Shown one piece after another: positions 52,147 to 64,000 of a stretch of DNA of 64,000 nucleotides (within the stretch, counting starts at the first letter, position 1; each line of letters begins with the position of its first letter). Below the pieces are notes generated by a model, which worked only from the letters and a program-made list of their open reading frames with translations, was not told the DNA's origin and searched no databases. The stretch comes from Amoebidium appalachense. Its lineage: Eukaryota > Protista > Ichthyosporea. Made by a program: the position numbers and the translations under genes. The DNA is taken from NCBI GenBank assembly GCA_963693365.1, contig CAVNZM010000004.1, positions 6,981,093 to 7,045,092 on the forward strand, read 5' to 3'.

Positions 52147-52548
52147 CTTAATGTACAGGGCTATATGGTGCACGGTAGCCTACATCTCGGTTCACACTAA
52201 ACCTTCTGAAACTTAACGCCTTTTTAACGCACAGGTACCATTGGTGCGCTGTACCTTTCTGATGCGCTAATCCTTCACGAGGAGACGGTTGTTGTTGTGT
52301 CGTTTGCCGGGCTGATCTACACCATCTACAAGACCGTGGGGGGGTCCATTGCTGAGGCCCTCGATGCCCGTGCATCGGTACGTGTGTGTGTGGGGTGGGT
52401 GGGAGGGGAGAGGGGGGGGGGGGGGGGGGGTGGGTGGGTGGGGGAAGTGAGGGGGGTGGGTGGGGGGGGTGTTTGGGAGGATGGGGGGGGGGGGGGGTGT
52501 TGGGTGAGTGGTGATTTTTTTGGGGGGCGGGGGGGGATGGGGAGGCGG

Positions 52549-52595
<47 letters not shown>

Positions 52596-53186
52596 CGCGC
52601 GCGCGTGTGTGTGTTTATGTTTGTATGCATATCTATGTTTGTATGCATGTCTATGTGCGTGTTCCAGATGTATGCGATGGTGGCGGCAAGGGCCGAGGGA
52701 GGAGGATGAGTGTGTATGGGGGGGGGGGGGGGGGGGGGATAAGATTGGTGTGGTGGTTGTGTGTGTGTGTGTGTGTGTGTGCGTGCGTGTGTGTGTGTGT
52801 GTGGGTGGTGGTGGTTTGTGTGTTGGGGGGGAGGGGGAGGAGCAGGGTGTTCATGGGAGTGCGAGGCACACACGTTTCGGCGATTTGATTATCGTTGTTA
52901 TGATAATTTATTCGTGAGTGTGTGCACTGGGGGGGGGGGGGGGGGGGGGGGAGGATTACCCCCGAGTGCGATAGCGGGGGGGGGGGGGGGGGGGGGGGGG
53001 GGATGGAGGGGAAGATACTTACAGAATGGCATATAGACCATGCAAACCAAGTCACGAGGGGTTTAAAGCATAAAATGTTTGTTTTTTTAAAGAGGTTTGA
53101 TATCGGGGCATGTGTTGTGCATTGCCATGGGAGGGGAAGGGGGAGGGTGGGTATTGATCATCAATTATATGCTGGTGAATTTTTTT

Positions 53187-53218
<32 letters not shown>

Positions 53219-53586
53219 GGGAGGGGGAGAGGGAGGGGGGGGGTCCTATCATCCTATCGTGACATGTACACTGTGTGAGGGCGGTCTTACAATGACGTTT
53301 ACACTGGTGGTGGAGAGGGTTCTATGAATGATATTTACACTGTGTGGGGGGGGTCTGTAGGGCATTTTCCAGAGCCTGCGCAAGGGCAAGGAGGCCGAGA
53401 GGGCCAGCCTGGAGCAGGCCATTGCCAACGAGGAGAGGTTCAAGGGCCTGGATGAGACCGTCAACCTGGTCTACGACGTGCAGCAGGTAATGTTAAAACT
53501 TTAAAACTTAAGTTTAAATTTTTAACAATGAATGGGGCGGTTGGCGGGTGTTCATTAGGCCTTTCATTAGGTCTTGATGTGTGCCA

Positions 53587-53619
<33 letters not shown>

Positions 53620-54606
53620 GTGGGTTGGTGTTTTTAACTTTTCAACCGCTTCCACATTCTCTCTCATCCATTCCCTGCCGCACTCCTAGATCACCTGCAT
53701 TGTTCCATTCTTTTTCAAAGCTTGCCAGCAGCCCCCCCTTGCCACCATCTCACTTCCTCACACAGTAGTTTAGTACCTTCCCCCTCCCCCCTCCTCCTCC
53801 CCCCCAGTGTGTGCTCTCCCAAATCTGCATTTTGTTGTCCGTATTGAATGTGTACCCTGTATCACATTCTAACACCTCCACCCCCTCGTTACCCTCGTTA
53901 CCCTCGTCCCCCCCGTTCCCGCCGTTTCCCTTGTTACAATGGTTATCCCCGTTCACCCGGTTTTCCTCGTTAACAACCTCTCCCCGGTGCTGTCACAGGA
54001 CGTCAACGACCTCTCCCTCGAAGTGTCACAGCGGCAGGCGGTGCACAGCGCAGCGGACGTTTTCATTGGTCGGCTGAATGCCATCAGCCAGCTGGAGTCC
54101 AAGGTGCGCTCGGCCCAGCAGGACCTGCTGGTCAACGAGCTGGAACAGGCTGTTCTAGCCCACTTTGCCAGCCAGAAGGTAATGGTGGGGACGTGGTTTT
54201 TTTCTTCTTCTTCCTCTTCCTCCTCCTCCTCCTCCTCCTTCCCCTTCTCCCCCCCCCCCCCCCCCCCCCCCCCTCCTTTTTCCCTCCTTTTTTCGTTCTT
54301 GCTTCCGGTCATCTCTGGCCTTTCTCTCTTTTTTTCTCTCTCTCCACCCCCCTCCCTCCCCCTCGATGTTGCATACTTGAATGTTTGCCTTTGCATGTGT
54401 CCTGCACCATGCTTCTCATCGTGTATGCGTACTTCGTACTGTGTTCCGCATTCAACCCCCCCCCCCCCCCCCCCCCCCCCCTTCCTGTTCCTCTTGTTCT
54501 TTTTCCTTGGTTGTTCTTGAGTGTGTGTGTGTTTGGGTTTGGGTTTGTGTGGGGCGGGGAGGGGGTGGGCGGGGGGAGGAGGGAGGGGGGGGGGGGGGGG
54601 GGGGGG

Positions 54607-54638
<32 letters not shown>

Positions 54639-54844
54639 AGGGGGGGGAGGGGGCAGACGGGGGGATGTGGGTTTTTTGGAGGGGGGAGGGCCCGGAGGGG
54701 GGAGGGGGGAGGTAGGGTTAGGGTTTTACTTTTGAGAGGAGAGGCATGATGGAGAGATGAGAAGATGGTTTGGGGGGTGGGGATTACTGTGTGTGTGTTT
54801 TGTGTGTTACTGTGTCCGGTGGGTGCATGGGCGCGTGTGTGTGT

Positions 54845-54883
<39 letters not shown>

Positions 54884-55677
54884 GGTTTACTTTCCGCGAT
54901 TCTCCGTTGCCAATTTGGCACCTCATACCGTGTGCTGCTTTCTAAAACCCCCACTTCCGAAAACTACAACCCACCCTTTTTCACCCTCGTTCCCCTTTAA
55001 TTCTGCACGGTGTTCCATGGATCCCATAGCTCTTTTGCTTCAGTGCTCTGCCTGTTGCCCACACTGCTGTTTGTATCCATGTTTGGTTGTGGGTGACTTT
55101 GATTTCGCAATCCTGTGGTGGTGTTTTTACCAAATTTGCTGTAAATCTCGTGATGTTTTTTGCATTCAAAACCCTTTCCTCCTCTTGCGCCACTGGTGAG
55201 GTTTTATGGGCAGCTGTCGTTTTTCTTAAATACCCAATCCTTTATCCTCGAATGCATAGGCCCCCGTTGCCAAGCATTCCTCCCCAAACACGTCGCACAG
55301 ACAGTCGTGCATACACGCACACACACAGACATGCATGCACGCAAACGCACACGCACATGCACTTGCACGCACGCTCTCGCACATACATGCACACATAAAC
55401 ATATCCACACACACACATAAACACGCACGCACGCCCATAGACGTGCGCACCCACCCACCCACACACACACACACACACACCCTGTCCACACCCAATTTAC
55501 CATGTTGTCATACGAGAACACACGCCCCCACAAAACCACACCACCTCTCTGTAATTGGCCCCTCCTTGCTCCAAACCCTGCTAGCACGTGATTGGCCGCT
55601 GACACAATTTCCAAATTCGGCAGGAGGACGCTCTGGTCAAGCAGGCCATCGACGCCCTTGGCGCGGTCAAGATCTAA
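47396..55677 (+). CDS. ATP4: Mitochondrial ATP synthase F0 subunit b (peripheral stalk), ~229 aa with presequence
   Basis: Exons 47396-47423, 48437-48485, 49763-49815, 51283-51339, 52235-52377, 53361-53486, 53999-54178, 55624-55677, all in phase. Ala/Arg-rich presequence (MAALLKFAPGVARAAQRAP...), membrane region ALYLSDALILHEETVVVVSFAGLIYTIYKTVGGSIAEALD, long helical stalk, C-terminus EDALVKQAIDALGAVKI*. Confidence 0.88.
47903..48041 (+). mobile_element. A1 3' fragment in ATP4 intron
   Basis: C-run | CTGATGACTTGGGCCC...GCATTCAAA | C-run. Confidence 0.85.
48118..48445 (+). repeat. Degenerate ~27-28-bp tandem repeat built from branch point plus 3' splice site
   Basis: Units like CACTGACTGTATGTCTATTTTTAG|GTGTTG; the last unit contains the real ATP4 acceptor at 48436. 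Confidence 0.8.
50625..50955 (+). mobile_element. A1 long copy in ATP4 intron
   Basis: C-run flanked; near-identical to 59508-59856. Confidence 0.85.
51364..51990 (+). mobile_element. Chain of three A2 copies (51364-51596, 51638-51846, 51864-51990), each separated by poly-C
   Basis: Each ends in GCATTCAAA followed by C-rich sequence, and each has a different 5' truncation. Confidence 0.88.
54366..54455 (+). mobile_element. A1 3' fragment
   Basis: GATGTTGCATAC...GCATTCAA+poly-C. Confidence 0.85.
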
Positions 55678-55803
55678 GCTGTGCAGCCAATAGCATGCGC
55701 CACATTTTAGACTTTTATGGAACACTGGTCTGTGGCCGGGGTACTGCGGACAGCGGAACATAAAGTAACGAAGCCGGAGCGTGTGTTTGCGTTTGGATTG
55801 AAG

Positions 55804-55845
<42 letters not shown>

Positions 55846-57361
55846 TTGCTACCGGTCCCGTCCACCCAAAAGGAGACCCCGGCATACACGTACTTGGCCG
55901 TAAAGGGGGTGGTAAGAAGAGCAAATGCACTCGCGCACTTACAAAAAAATACGCACATGTATCGAATGTAACAACAGCACACATATGTAACAACAGCACA
56001 CATGGTGTCGTCATCAGTTAGATACAGATGGAGATACCACTCGAGCCGATGGCAGTTGTGAGCTGTGTGATGTGTACGAGGGCCAAAAGCGTGAGAGACC
56101 AGCAATTACTTTTTCAATGCAGGCCGGACCGATTTAAATTTCAACTGTGCAAGCTGTGCAAGCTTATAGGGGGATCATCTCAAGGCCTCCTAGAGTAGGA
56201 GGCCTTGGATCACCTTCGTCACCCTGATGCCTGAGATGAGCGAATGAACCAACTCAACCGACTGTTATCTGAGGGAGAGTAGGTTGCAACTGCTTGGGTT
56301 TAAAGCAACGAACAGGTGTACATGTCGGCAGAAGTCAACCCCTTTAAACCACGGTGATGGTGCATCATGGCACACATACGTGCAGGCACGCGTACGTGCG
56401 CTTTCTTGGGGTGCACCCTTGATGGCGGGGGTACGCGCACGGTGCTACATCGATACGCCATCTGTCATCGGCTCAGCCTAACAACAGCTATCTATTCCTT
56501 AATTTCACGTCTTTTAAATCTTTGATGGTTTATGTTTTATTTTTTATTTTATCTAGAGCTTCAAGAAGCGTCGAATTTTGGTTGAGCTTTATGCTGTTGT
56601 GAGCCACATGCGAGCCACGAAACAAACTTTCTTCAGTCTGTTCCCACCAAAAATTTCCCAGACAGCTCGCTCAGTCACGCCAAAGTTTGTGCCGTATCAG
56701 GCTGTATACGAAGGTAATTCCCGTTTTATTCAGACGCTCATTCTTTGTTTTGGAACCTAAACCAAGGGAGAACAGAAAAGTAGGTGTGCTCTTTTGTCTG
56801 ATGGGGCTGGTATAAGGTGCACAGGGAAAAGAAAGGAGAAAGTGAGGGCACGGGAAAACTGTTCGACAACCCAATATATGCGTGCGTGCGTGCGTGTCCC
56901 GGTGGTTGCCCGCCGCCTGCCTATTTGTGTGGGTGAATGGTTGCGTGGAGGGGGAGGGAGGGGGTGGGTGGGTGGGGGGTGGGGAGGGGTGGAGAGTGTG
57001 GGAGAGAGAAAGGGGGTTGGGGGACGGGGGGGAGGGGGGTGATCCCTTATAATAAGGCCTGTTTTCAAGCTATCTCGTTTCTGTGTTTTCCCCGTGTGGT
57101 AAGAACGTGGACGAGAGCGTACTGCGGCACAATTTTTCACTGCATTTAAGCTGGTGAGGAGGTGTGGGTCATTTCCCATTTCCAGGGCCGCCTCTGTACT
57201 TGCTGTGCTGGTCAACGTCGAGCGCACAGTGGCCTGACGGTCTTTTTCATCTTTCCTTTTGGGCATTCCTTTGACCTCGCACTAGCATGAGCACGCACAC
57301 CAGGCACAGACACACACGCTTGAACACTGCACACACACACATACGCACTCACGCACACACG

Positions 57362-57407
<46 letters not shown>

Positions 57408-57414
57408 CAGCACC

Positions 57415-58418
57415 ATGACGGACTCACCGAAGGCAGCTGGACGTGTTGGCCCTAGTCTTGCCGACCTGCTGGGAGAAACCATCATAGTCAACAACCCAGA
57501 AAAGGACAATGTCAGTTTGTGGATGGCTACAGGGGGGTGGGGGGGGGGGGCGAGGGTTGCGGGTGCCTGCCTGGACATGAGGACAGGAATGGGTGGTGGG
57601 GTAAAGGGGGGGAGAGGGGGGGGGGGGGGGGTTGGGAGAGAAATAGCGGGGGGGGGGGGGGGGGGGGGACCAAAGAGAGGGGAATCCGTTTTTTTTTGGG
57701 GGGGGGGGTTTGGGAGAAGAACAGCCGGGGGAGGGGGGGGGAGAGAGGAGGGAGCGACCAAGGAGAGGGTTTTTGTTTTTTTTTTTTTTTTTTTTTTTCC
57801 GGGGGGGGGGGGGGGGGGGGGGGGGGTTGGGGAGAGGAACAGCGGGGGGGGGGGGGGGGGGGCAATTTTTTTTTTGGGGGGGGGGGGGGGTGTGTTTGGG
57901 AGGGGAACAGCGGAAGGGGGGAGGGGGGTACAAAGAGAGGGGAGATGGGGTTTTTTAGGGGGGGGGGGGGTTGGGAGGGGGAACAGCCCCCGGGGGGGGG
58001 GGAGGGGGAGGAGGGAATAGCACTAGACTATAATATTTTTCCGTGACCTTTCGATGTTGGTGAGGGGTGAGGGCTGGGCTGAGACATGATAGTGTTTATG
58101 ACGGCAAATTCATAGCCGTGTGTTTCTTTGCTATTCGCAGGTGCGGGGGGGGGGGTTTGGCAAGAGAAAGAAGGGAAGGGGGGGGGGGGGGGGGGGGGAA
58201 GAGGCGCATAAACGGCATGAGAGGATCACGGGGAGGGGGGGGGGGGGGGACTGTTAGAGATTTACAGAATTATGTCCCCCCCCCCCCCCCCCCCCTTTTC
58301 CTCCAAAGACAGAAAAGGAAAGAGAAACAAAAAAGTGGTTAGTAAACCCAAACATGAACCCACACACTCTTGCCCAGACTTATTTTCTGGGCGCAACAAA
58401 CCCACATATGCCACCACG

Positions 58419-58484
<66 letters not shown>

Positions 58485-59424
58485 TGCACATCAAGACGTA
58501 CACACACACACGCACACACACACATACACACACACACACAGGCGTTCAAGGAGGTATCCGTGTCCTCCCTCTCTGACTGTGAGGCCGTAGCCATCTACTT
58601 CTCAGCCCACTGGTGCCCCCCCTGCAGAGGTTTCACCCCCAGACTCATCCAGACGTACAAGGTAGCTCCTGATTTTAAAAGTTTTAATTTATTACGTTAA
58701 AAAGTTTACGATAGCGATTTGTTTTATGTTCAGTTTTCATAGCCTATTGCTTGCCCTCCCTTCCTCCCCCCCCCCCCCCCCCCCCCCCCCCCTCCCCCCG
58801 CCCGCCCGCCCGCCCGCCCGCCCGCCCCCTCCTGCAGAGGTTTCACCCCGACACTCATCCGGACAAGGTAGTGCACGATTGGGTGAAAAAAAAAAAAAAA
58901 TTGATGAAGAATTTGCGTGGCCGTGCCCCCCTTGCATGCGTGGTTGTTGGTGTGTGTGTGTGTGTTTGGGGGGGGGGGGGGGGGGGGGGGGGAGGGCAGC
59001 GGATGATGACATGTAGGTAGTGAAGGCAACCCCCACCGCTGTTCCCCCCCCCCACCCCCAAACTCCCCCCGTGGAAAAAAACAAAACAAAAGAAAACACA
59101 TAAAAAAACCCTCTTCCCTCCACAGCCCACCTGCCTGCCTGCCTGCCCCTGCCTGATGATGTCTTTTGCTCATGCTGGCTCTCTTAGGGTCTATGAGTTG
59201 GTTGTTGCTTCCCCAATCTTGCACTTAGGGTTTTTCCCCTTGTTTTTATGTAAACCACCCATCCCCCCTCCCTCCCCCCCCTCCCCCCTTTCAAAGTTCC
59301 CCCCCCCCCCTCCCCCCGCCATCTGCGCATTCTTCTCCTACACAGAAATGTGTCCTCGCCTGGGCACACAAGCGCGCGCGCAGCGTCGCGCGCACACACA
59401 CACAACACAATTACACTCACTCAC

Positions 59425-59455
<31 letters not shown>

Positions 59456-59900
59456 AGACATCTTTACTTCCATGCAACCGGGCATGGTTGCTCTGTGTCG
59501 TGCATCTGTAAGCACATACGCGTTTTTCGCTGCACTGCAATAGTTTGCACACACATCTTCACCGTTCTGCTCACCTTGCTTGCATAAGCAACCCTGCTCG
59601 TCTTTGATCAAGACGGGTTGACCCACCCAAGTTCAGTTGATGCTGCTGTTTGAGTTGGAGCGTCGTATATACGCGGGCTAAGGGGTCGAAGCTCAGACGC
59701 AATTGATGACTTGGGCCCTCCCTGAGGATGGGCTCTGCTTATGACGCATACTGTGCGCATGGCTGATGTTGCATACTTGAATGTTTGCCTTTGCATGTGT
59801 CCTGCACCATGCTTCTCATCGTGTATGCGTACTTCGTACTGTGTTCCGCATTCAAACCCCCCCCCCCCCCCCAAAAAAAAAAAAAATAAATAAAAAAAAA

Positions 59901-59967
<67 letters not shown>

Positions 59968-60038
59968 CCCTCCCCCCTCCCTCATCACACACTCATCACC
60001 CCCTCTCCCCCCTCCCCCCAAAAAAAGAAGGGAAAGAG

Positions 60039-60090
<52 letters not shown>

Positions 60091-60974
60091 GCTCACACTC
60101 ACACTCACTCACACTCACTCACTCACACACCTTCCCCATCCCCCCCCCCCACCCCCCGCCCCTCCATCCTCCCCCCCTCTCTCCTCCCCCCTCCCTCCTA
60201 GATGTTGCATACTTGAATGTTTGCCTTTGCATGTGTCCTGCACCATGCTTCTCGTCGTGTATGCGTACTTTGTACCGTGTTCCGCATTCAAAACCCCCTC
60301 CCTCCTACTCCCCCCCCCCCCCCCGGCCCCCTCTCACCCGACACATACACCCCCCCCCCCCCCCCCCCCCCAACACACACACACAGGAAATGAACCAAAA
60401 CGGCAAGCGTCTTGAGGTAGTGTTCTGCAGCTGGGACACCAGCGACAAGGAGTTTGCGGAGTACTTTGACACAATGCCCTGGGCTGCCCTCCCCTTCGGC
60501 CCCCAGACCAAGACTCTTAAGGACAAGCTGGCCAAGCGCTACCAGGTGCAGGGTATACCGGCACTGGTGATCTTAAGGAAGGACGGGTCGACCATCACTA
60601 CACATGGCAGGGATGCGGTTATGGATGATCCAAAGGGTAGGTGCCAAGAACCAATTATCTACACACACGCACACACGCACACACACATTTAGCTTCTCCC
60701 CCCCCCCTCCCCCCTCCCCCCCCTCCCCCCACCCCTCCCCCCGGCAACACGGACACACATGCATGCACACACATGCACACATGCATGTTCCGCCTCACAC
60801 ACATACATCCACACGCACGCATGCACGAACACACAGGAACACACACACGTGCACATGAACAGCCTGGTGCATGCACGCCAAAGCACACACACAAGTCGTG
60901 TCAATACAGACATACACACACACACAACACATTTACACACATCGAACCACACACACGTGCACGCACACACACAT

Positions 60975-61048
<74 letters not shown>

Positions 61049-61528
61049 AGAGAAGACACTTATGGCAGCACACTCGCAAACACACCAAGACACACACAGA
61101 CAGGCACACACACAAACACACACAGACACACCCTCTTAGTCGCTCCAATTCGCCCGCCTCTATGGTGTTCTGGGTTGCCTTTCTTTCTTTATTTCCTTAG
61201 AATGCAACCCAGCTTCCTTTTTTTTTTTCCATAGCCGGTGTACGCAAGATTTATTGCCTGTGCAACTCCTTTTTCTTCATCGTTGCTCTCTATCTCACTC
61301 GCCCTCCTCCTCTTCCGAACAATGTTTCTCACTCCTTCAACTCTCCTATGCATATCCTTACTGTATGTTTTGCAACATTTGTGTTGTGTTGTCTGTCATG
61401 AATGTATACTTATATCCTCGTAATCTACGACAGATTTTACCCTCCCCTCCCCCCCCCCCCCCCCCCCCCCTCTTCCCCGCCAAAGCTTACACACACACAC
61501 ACACACCCACACCCACACACGCACGCGC

Positions 61529-61608
<80 letters not shown>

Positions 61609-61619
61609 GTGACACCGTA

Positions 61620-61670
<51 letters not shown>

Positions 61671-61834
61671 ACACAGGCACACGTTTCCCCTGGGACAAGG
61701 AGCCGGCACCCCCACCACCCACCTTCCTCGACAACATCATAAGAGAGCTACCCACCCGCCTGCTCCAGGCATACCTCATCTACATTGTCTACAAGCTGAT
61801 TCGTCAGAATTTCCCTCAGTTCTTCCCGTGGTGA
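57415..61834 (+). CDS. Nucleoredoxin/tryparedoxin-like thioredoxin-fold protein with C-terminal hydrophobic tail, ~207 aa
   Basis: Exons 57415-57510, 58542-58661, 60387-60636, 61677-61834, all in phase. [63 protein letters not shown]. Confidence 0.92.
57625..57990. repeat. G-rich degenerate repeat (TTGGG..GAACAGC), ~5 copies, in nucleoredoxin intron 1
   Basis: Recurrent TTGGG(G)AG..GAA(C/T)AGC motifs separated by G and T runs. Confidence 0.65.
59456..59856 (+). mobile_element. Longest A1 copy (~400 bp), in nucleoredoxin intron 2
   Basis: Poly-C on both sides; contains the whole structured core. Confidence 0.88.
60201..60293 (+). mobile_element. A1 3' fragment
   Basis: Same 5' truncation point (GATGTTGCATAC) as 54366. 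Confidence 0.85.
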
Positions 61835-61974
61835 TGCGATTGGCCTGTTGTAATCTGTGGAATGTATCTGGATATGCATCCTGTTTATTTATTTTATTTG
61901 TGAGTGTAGAAGGGTTTTGATTGGTATGTTGTCATTTGTATCTTTGGAATGGGCTAGGGGTTTGATGATGTTAA

Positions 61975-62225
61975 ACCAACCACTGCTTCTTCCATTTTAG
62001 CGTCCGGGTGCTGACCACCCGAGAGCCACATTTCTCAAATGCGTCTCACCAATCGACAGACTCAATCAAATTGTGTCACACGCTGATGTCGACATTCGAC
62101 AGAGCCAGCTTCTTCATGCCCTTTTCAGCCCGGCGGCTACACGGCGTCATGGAATTTGTGCACAGAATGACGTCACCAATGTGGCTCCCCGCCCAGACGC
62201 TAAAATGGAAGTAGCGGTGGTTGCT
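61975..62225. mobile_element. Second TTAA-flanked MITE (~251 bp), Kolobok-like termini
   Basis: TTAA|ACCAACCACTGCTTCTTCCATTTTAGCGTCCGGG on the left versus CCCAGACGCTAAAATGGAAGTAGCGGTGGTTGCT|TTAA on the right; ~34-bp imperfect TIR. Confidence 0.8.
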
Positions 62226-62806
62226 TTAAAATGTTCTGATAAGTGTGTTTGTTGCGGGACGTTAGAGAGATTTTTCTCACGGAATTTTGGGGGTTTGTTC
62301 TGAAATAGTAGCTCGTGATAATGATATGGTTGGTGGGTAGATGTACCTACTCCTTCGATTTTTTGAAAGGATGTAGTTGTGTTGTTCGTTTTGAGTATTT
62401 TGTAGTGAAACTCCGGTCGAAAAAAAAACACGATGATTCGAATTGTGGGTTTGATCATGTGTTTTGCTCGGAAAAGCGCTTGCATTCCGGGTTTTTGTGT
62501 TGTTTTCAAAAACTTAACACATCTTGTCAGTTCTTATGTCTCTCTGCCAGTAACATATCTATGTATCAGCCCGACCATGGAATGAATAAAACTGCTGCAC
62601 CGATCATTGAATGGTATTGCCGTTGCTCTCATGCTTGCCCCCCCCCCCCCCCCCCCCCCCCCCCCGCGCCAAGGTGACTTTCTTTTCCTTCCCCAATGAC
62701 CCCCATACGTGCGCACAGATGCAATGTTAACTATACTAGTACTCGAAAAAGTACAGTTCATCCATCATGAGCACGTGTCCCCCCCCCCCCCCCCCCCCCC
62801 CTCCTC

Positions 62807-62838
<32 letters not shown>

Positions 62839-63021
62839 ACAGGCCGGCCGAGATGCCGTCCAAGCTGGTTCTTACCTGCACATGTATATTGATTCTGTGT
62901 CTCCGGGATGATGGATGTTGCAATTGTGGCCTGGGCTTTTTTTTTTTTTTTGGTGGTGTTGGCGGTGGTGGTGTGCTGTGTGTGTGTGTAGTACACATTC
63001 GTGTTTTTTTTTGTTTTTTTT

Positions 63022-63108
<87 letters not shown>

Positions 63109-63724
63109 ATGAGAACGTCAGAAGCAAGTAAATTTTTTTTTCTTTTTCTTTTGACTGGATTTATTCGACGGAAAGATATGCAAGTATGCATGGCATTACT
63201 GAGAAGACAATAAAAACTTCACGAGTTATCCAGTAACAAGTGCATACTGAGATACCTGAACACTGTGTGAAAATCATATAAATACTCAATGTGACGACCA
63301 ACAGAATTCAACAAAAAGTCTAAAGTGTTCACATTGCCAGCTAGTGTAGCAGATACCCGGAGGGAAAGAGGTAAAACACGACAGAAAAATTCACACCTAT
63401 CAACATGCTTGACAAGTAAATTATAAAAAGGTGAAGTTCAAATTGAACACCCATGTGAACAAACTGGCCGGCGCTTGGAAGGCTCTGATTTATCGACACG
63501 ACACTTTTTGTTCGACTGAGATTAGGTCCAGAGAAAGCAAGTGTGCCATATTAGAGCCAGAGGGGATTGATACAATTAGGCAGTGGTAGTGGTGCTTTTC
63601 TTCTCTTTTCTTTTTTTTTTTCCCTTTTCCCTTCCCTTCGCAGTTTGCCTTCGTTTTCTTTTTTTCTCTTTCGGAGCGAAATCCCCCCCCCCCCCCTCCC
63701 CCCCCCCCATCCCCCCCCCCCCCA

Positions 63725-63759
<35 letters not shown>

Positions 63760-64000
63760 AACCAAAAAAAAAAAAAAAAGAAAGAAAGAAAGAAAAGAAA
63801 CTCCCAACCCCCACCTCCACCCACAAATTCTCCCTGCCCCAAAACCTTTTTCCTCCCCCCAACCCTTCCCCATCCTCCCCCCTCCCCCTGCCCCGTCCCC
63901 CCCTTTTTAAATCAATGTCAGGCAATGCTTTTTTCCTTCCTTCTTTTTATTGCTTCCGTTGGCCAGCGACACTCCTACTATGTACATCCGGTCCCTCCAT

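Noticed and set aside
51474-52151. Recurrent peptide MTWAPPEDGLCLLCILFMYG as a small gene family
   Set aside because: It is a by-product of the repeat copies; diverged copies break the frame and the ORFs run into poly-C.
59700-59730. C/D snoRNA (UGAUGA...CUGA) or SECIS element in A1
   Set aside because: The boxes are only ~12 nt apart, box C is not kept in A2 or B, and there is no SECIS apical geometry.
62700-63990. Exons of a minus-strand gene entering from the right edge (e.g. 62876-62930)
   Set aside because: Splice-like ends exist, but all frames are open and no recognisable protein results; it cannot be supported within this window.

Overview
This is eukaryotic, intron-rich genomic DNA. 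Its introns are saturated with poly-C/poly-G runs and (CA/TG)n, (GA)n microsatellites, so nearly all ORFs in the supplied track are low-complexity artefacts. By manual GT-AG splicing with phase checks I reconstruct five genes. (1) A >=26-exon minus-strand gene (~24.6 kb to beyond the left edge) whose N-terminal ~1000 aa carry colinear motifs resembling the RanBP2/Nup358 N-terminal solenoid. (2) An arrestin-domain protein with PPxY motifs. (3) A secreted GH79 beta-glucuronidase/heparanase-like enzyme. (4) Mitochondrial ATP synthase subunit b. (5) A WCPPC nucleoredoxin/tryparedoxin-like protein with a C-terminal hydrophobic tail. The most striking non-genic signal is a family of ~20 short retroposon-like copies in at least 3-4 subfamilies. 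They share a fixed 3' end, are 5'-truncated, sit in poly-C tracts, are all in the host gene's sense orientation inside introns, and carry a covarying, pseudoknotted RNA structure. There are also two TTAA-flanked (Kolobok-type) MITEs, exon duplications, a tandem array of 3' splice sites and a (CA)n-CAG acceptor architecture. The organism is not identified; the gene content is compatible with a unicellular opisthokont (inference). All homologies were judged by eye or from memory; no searches were run.
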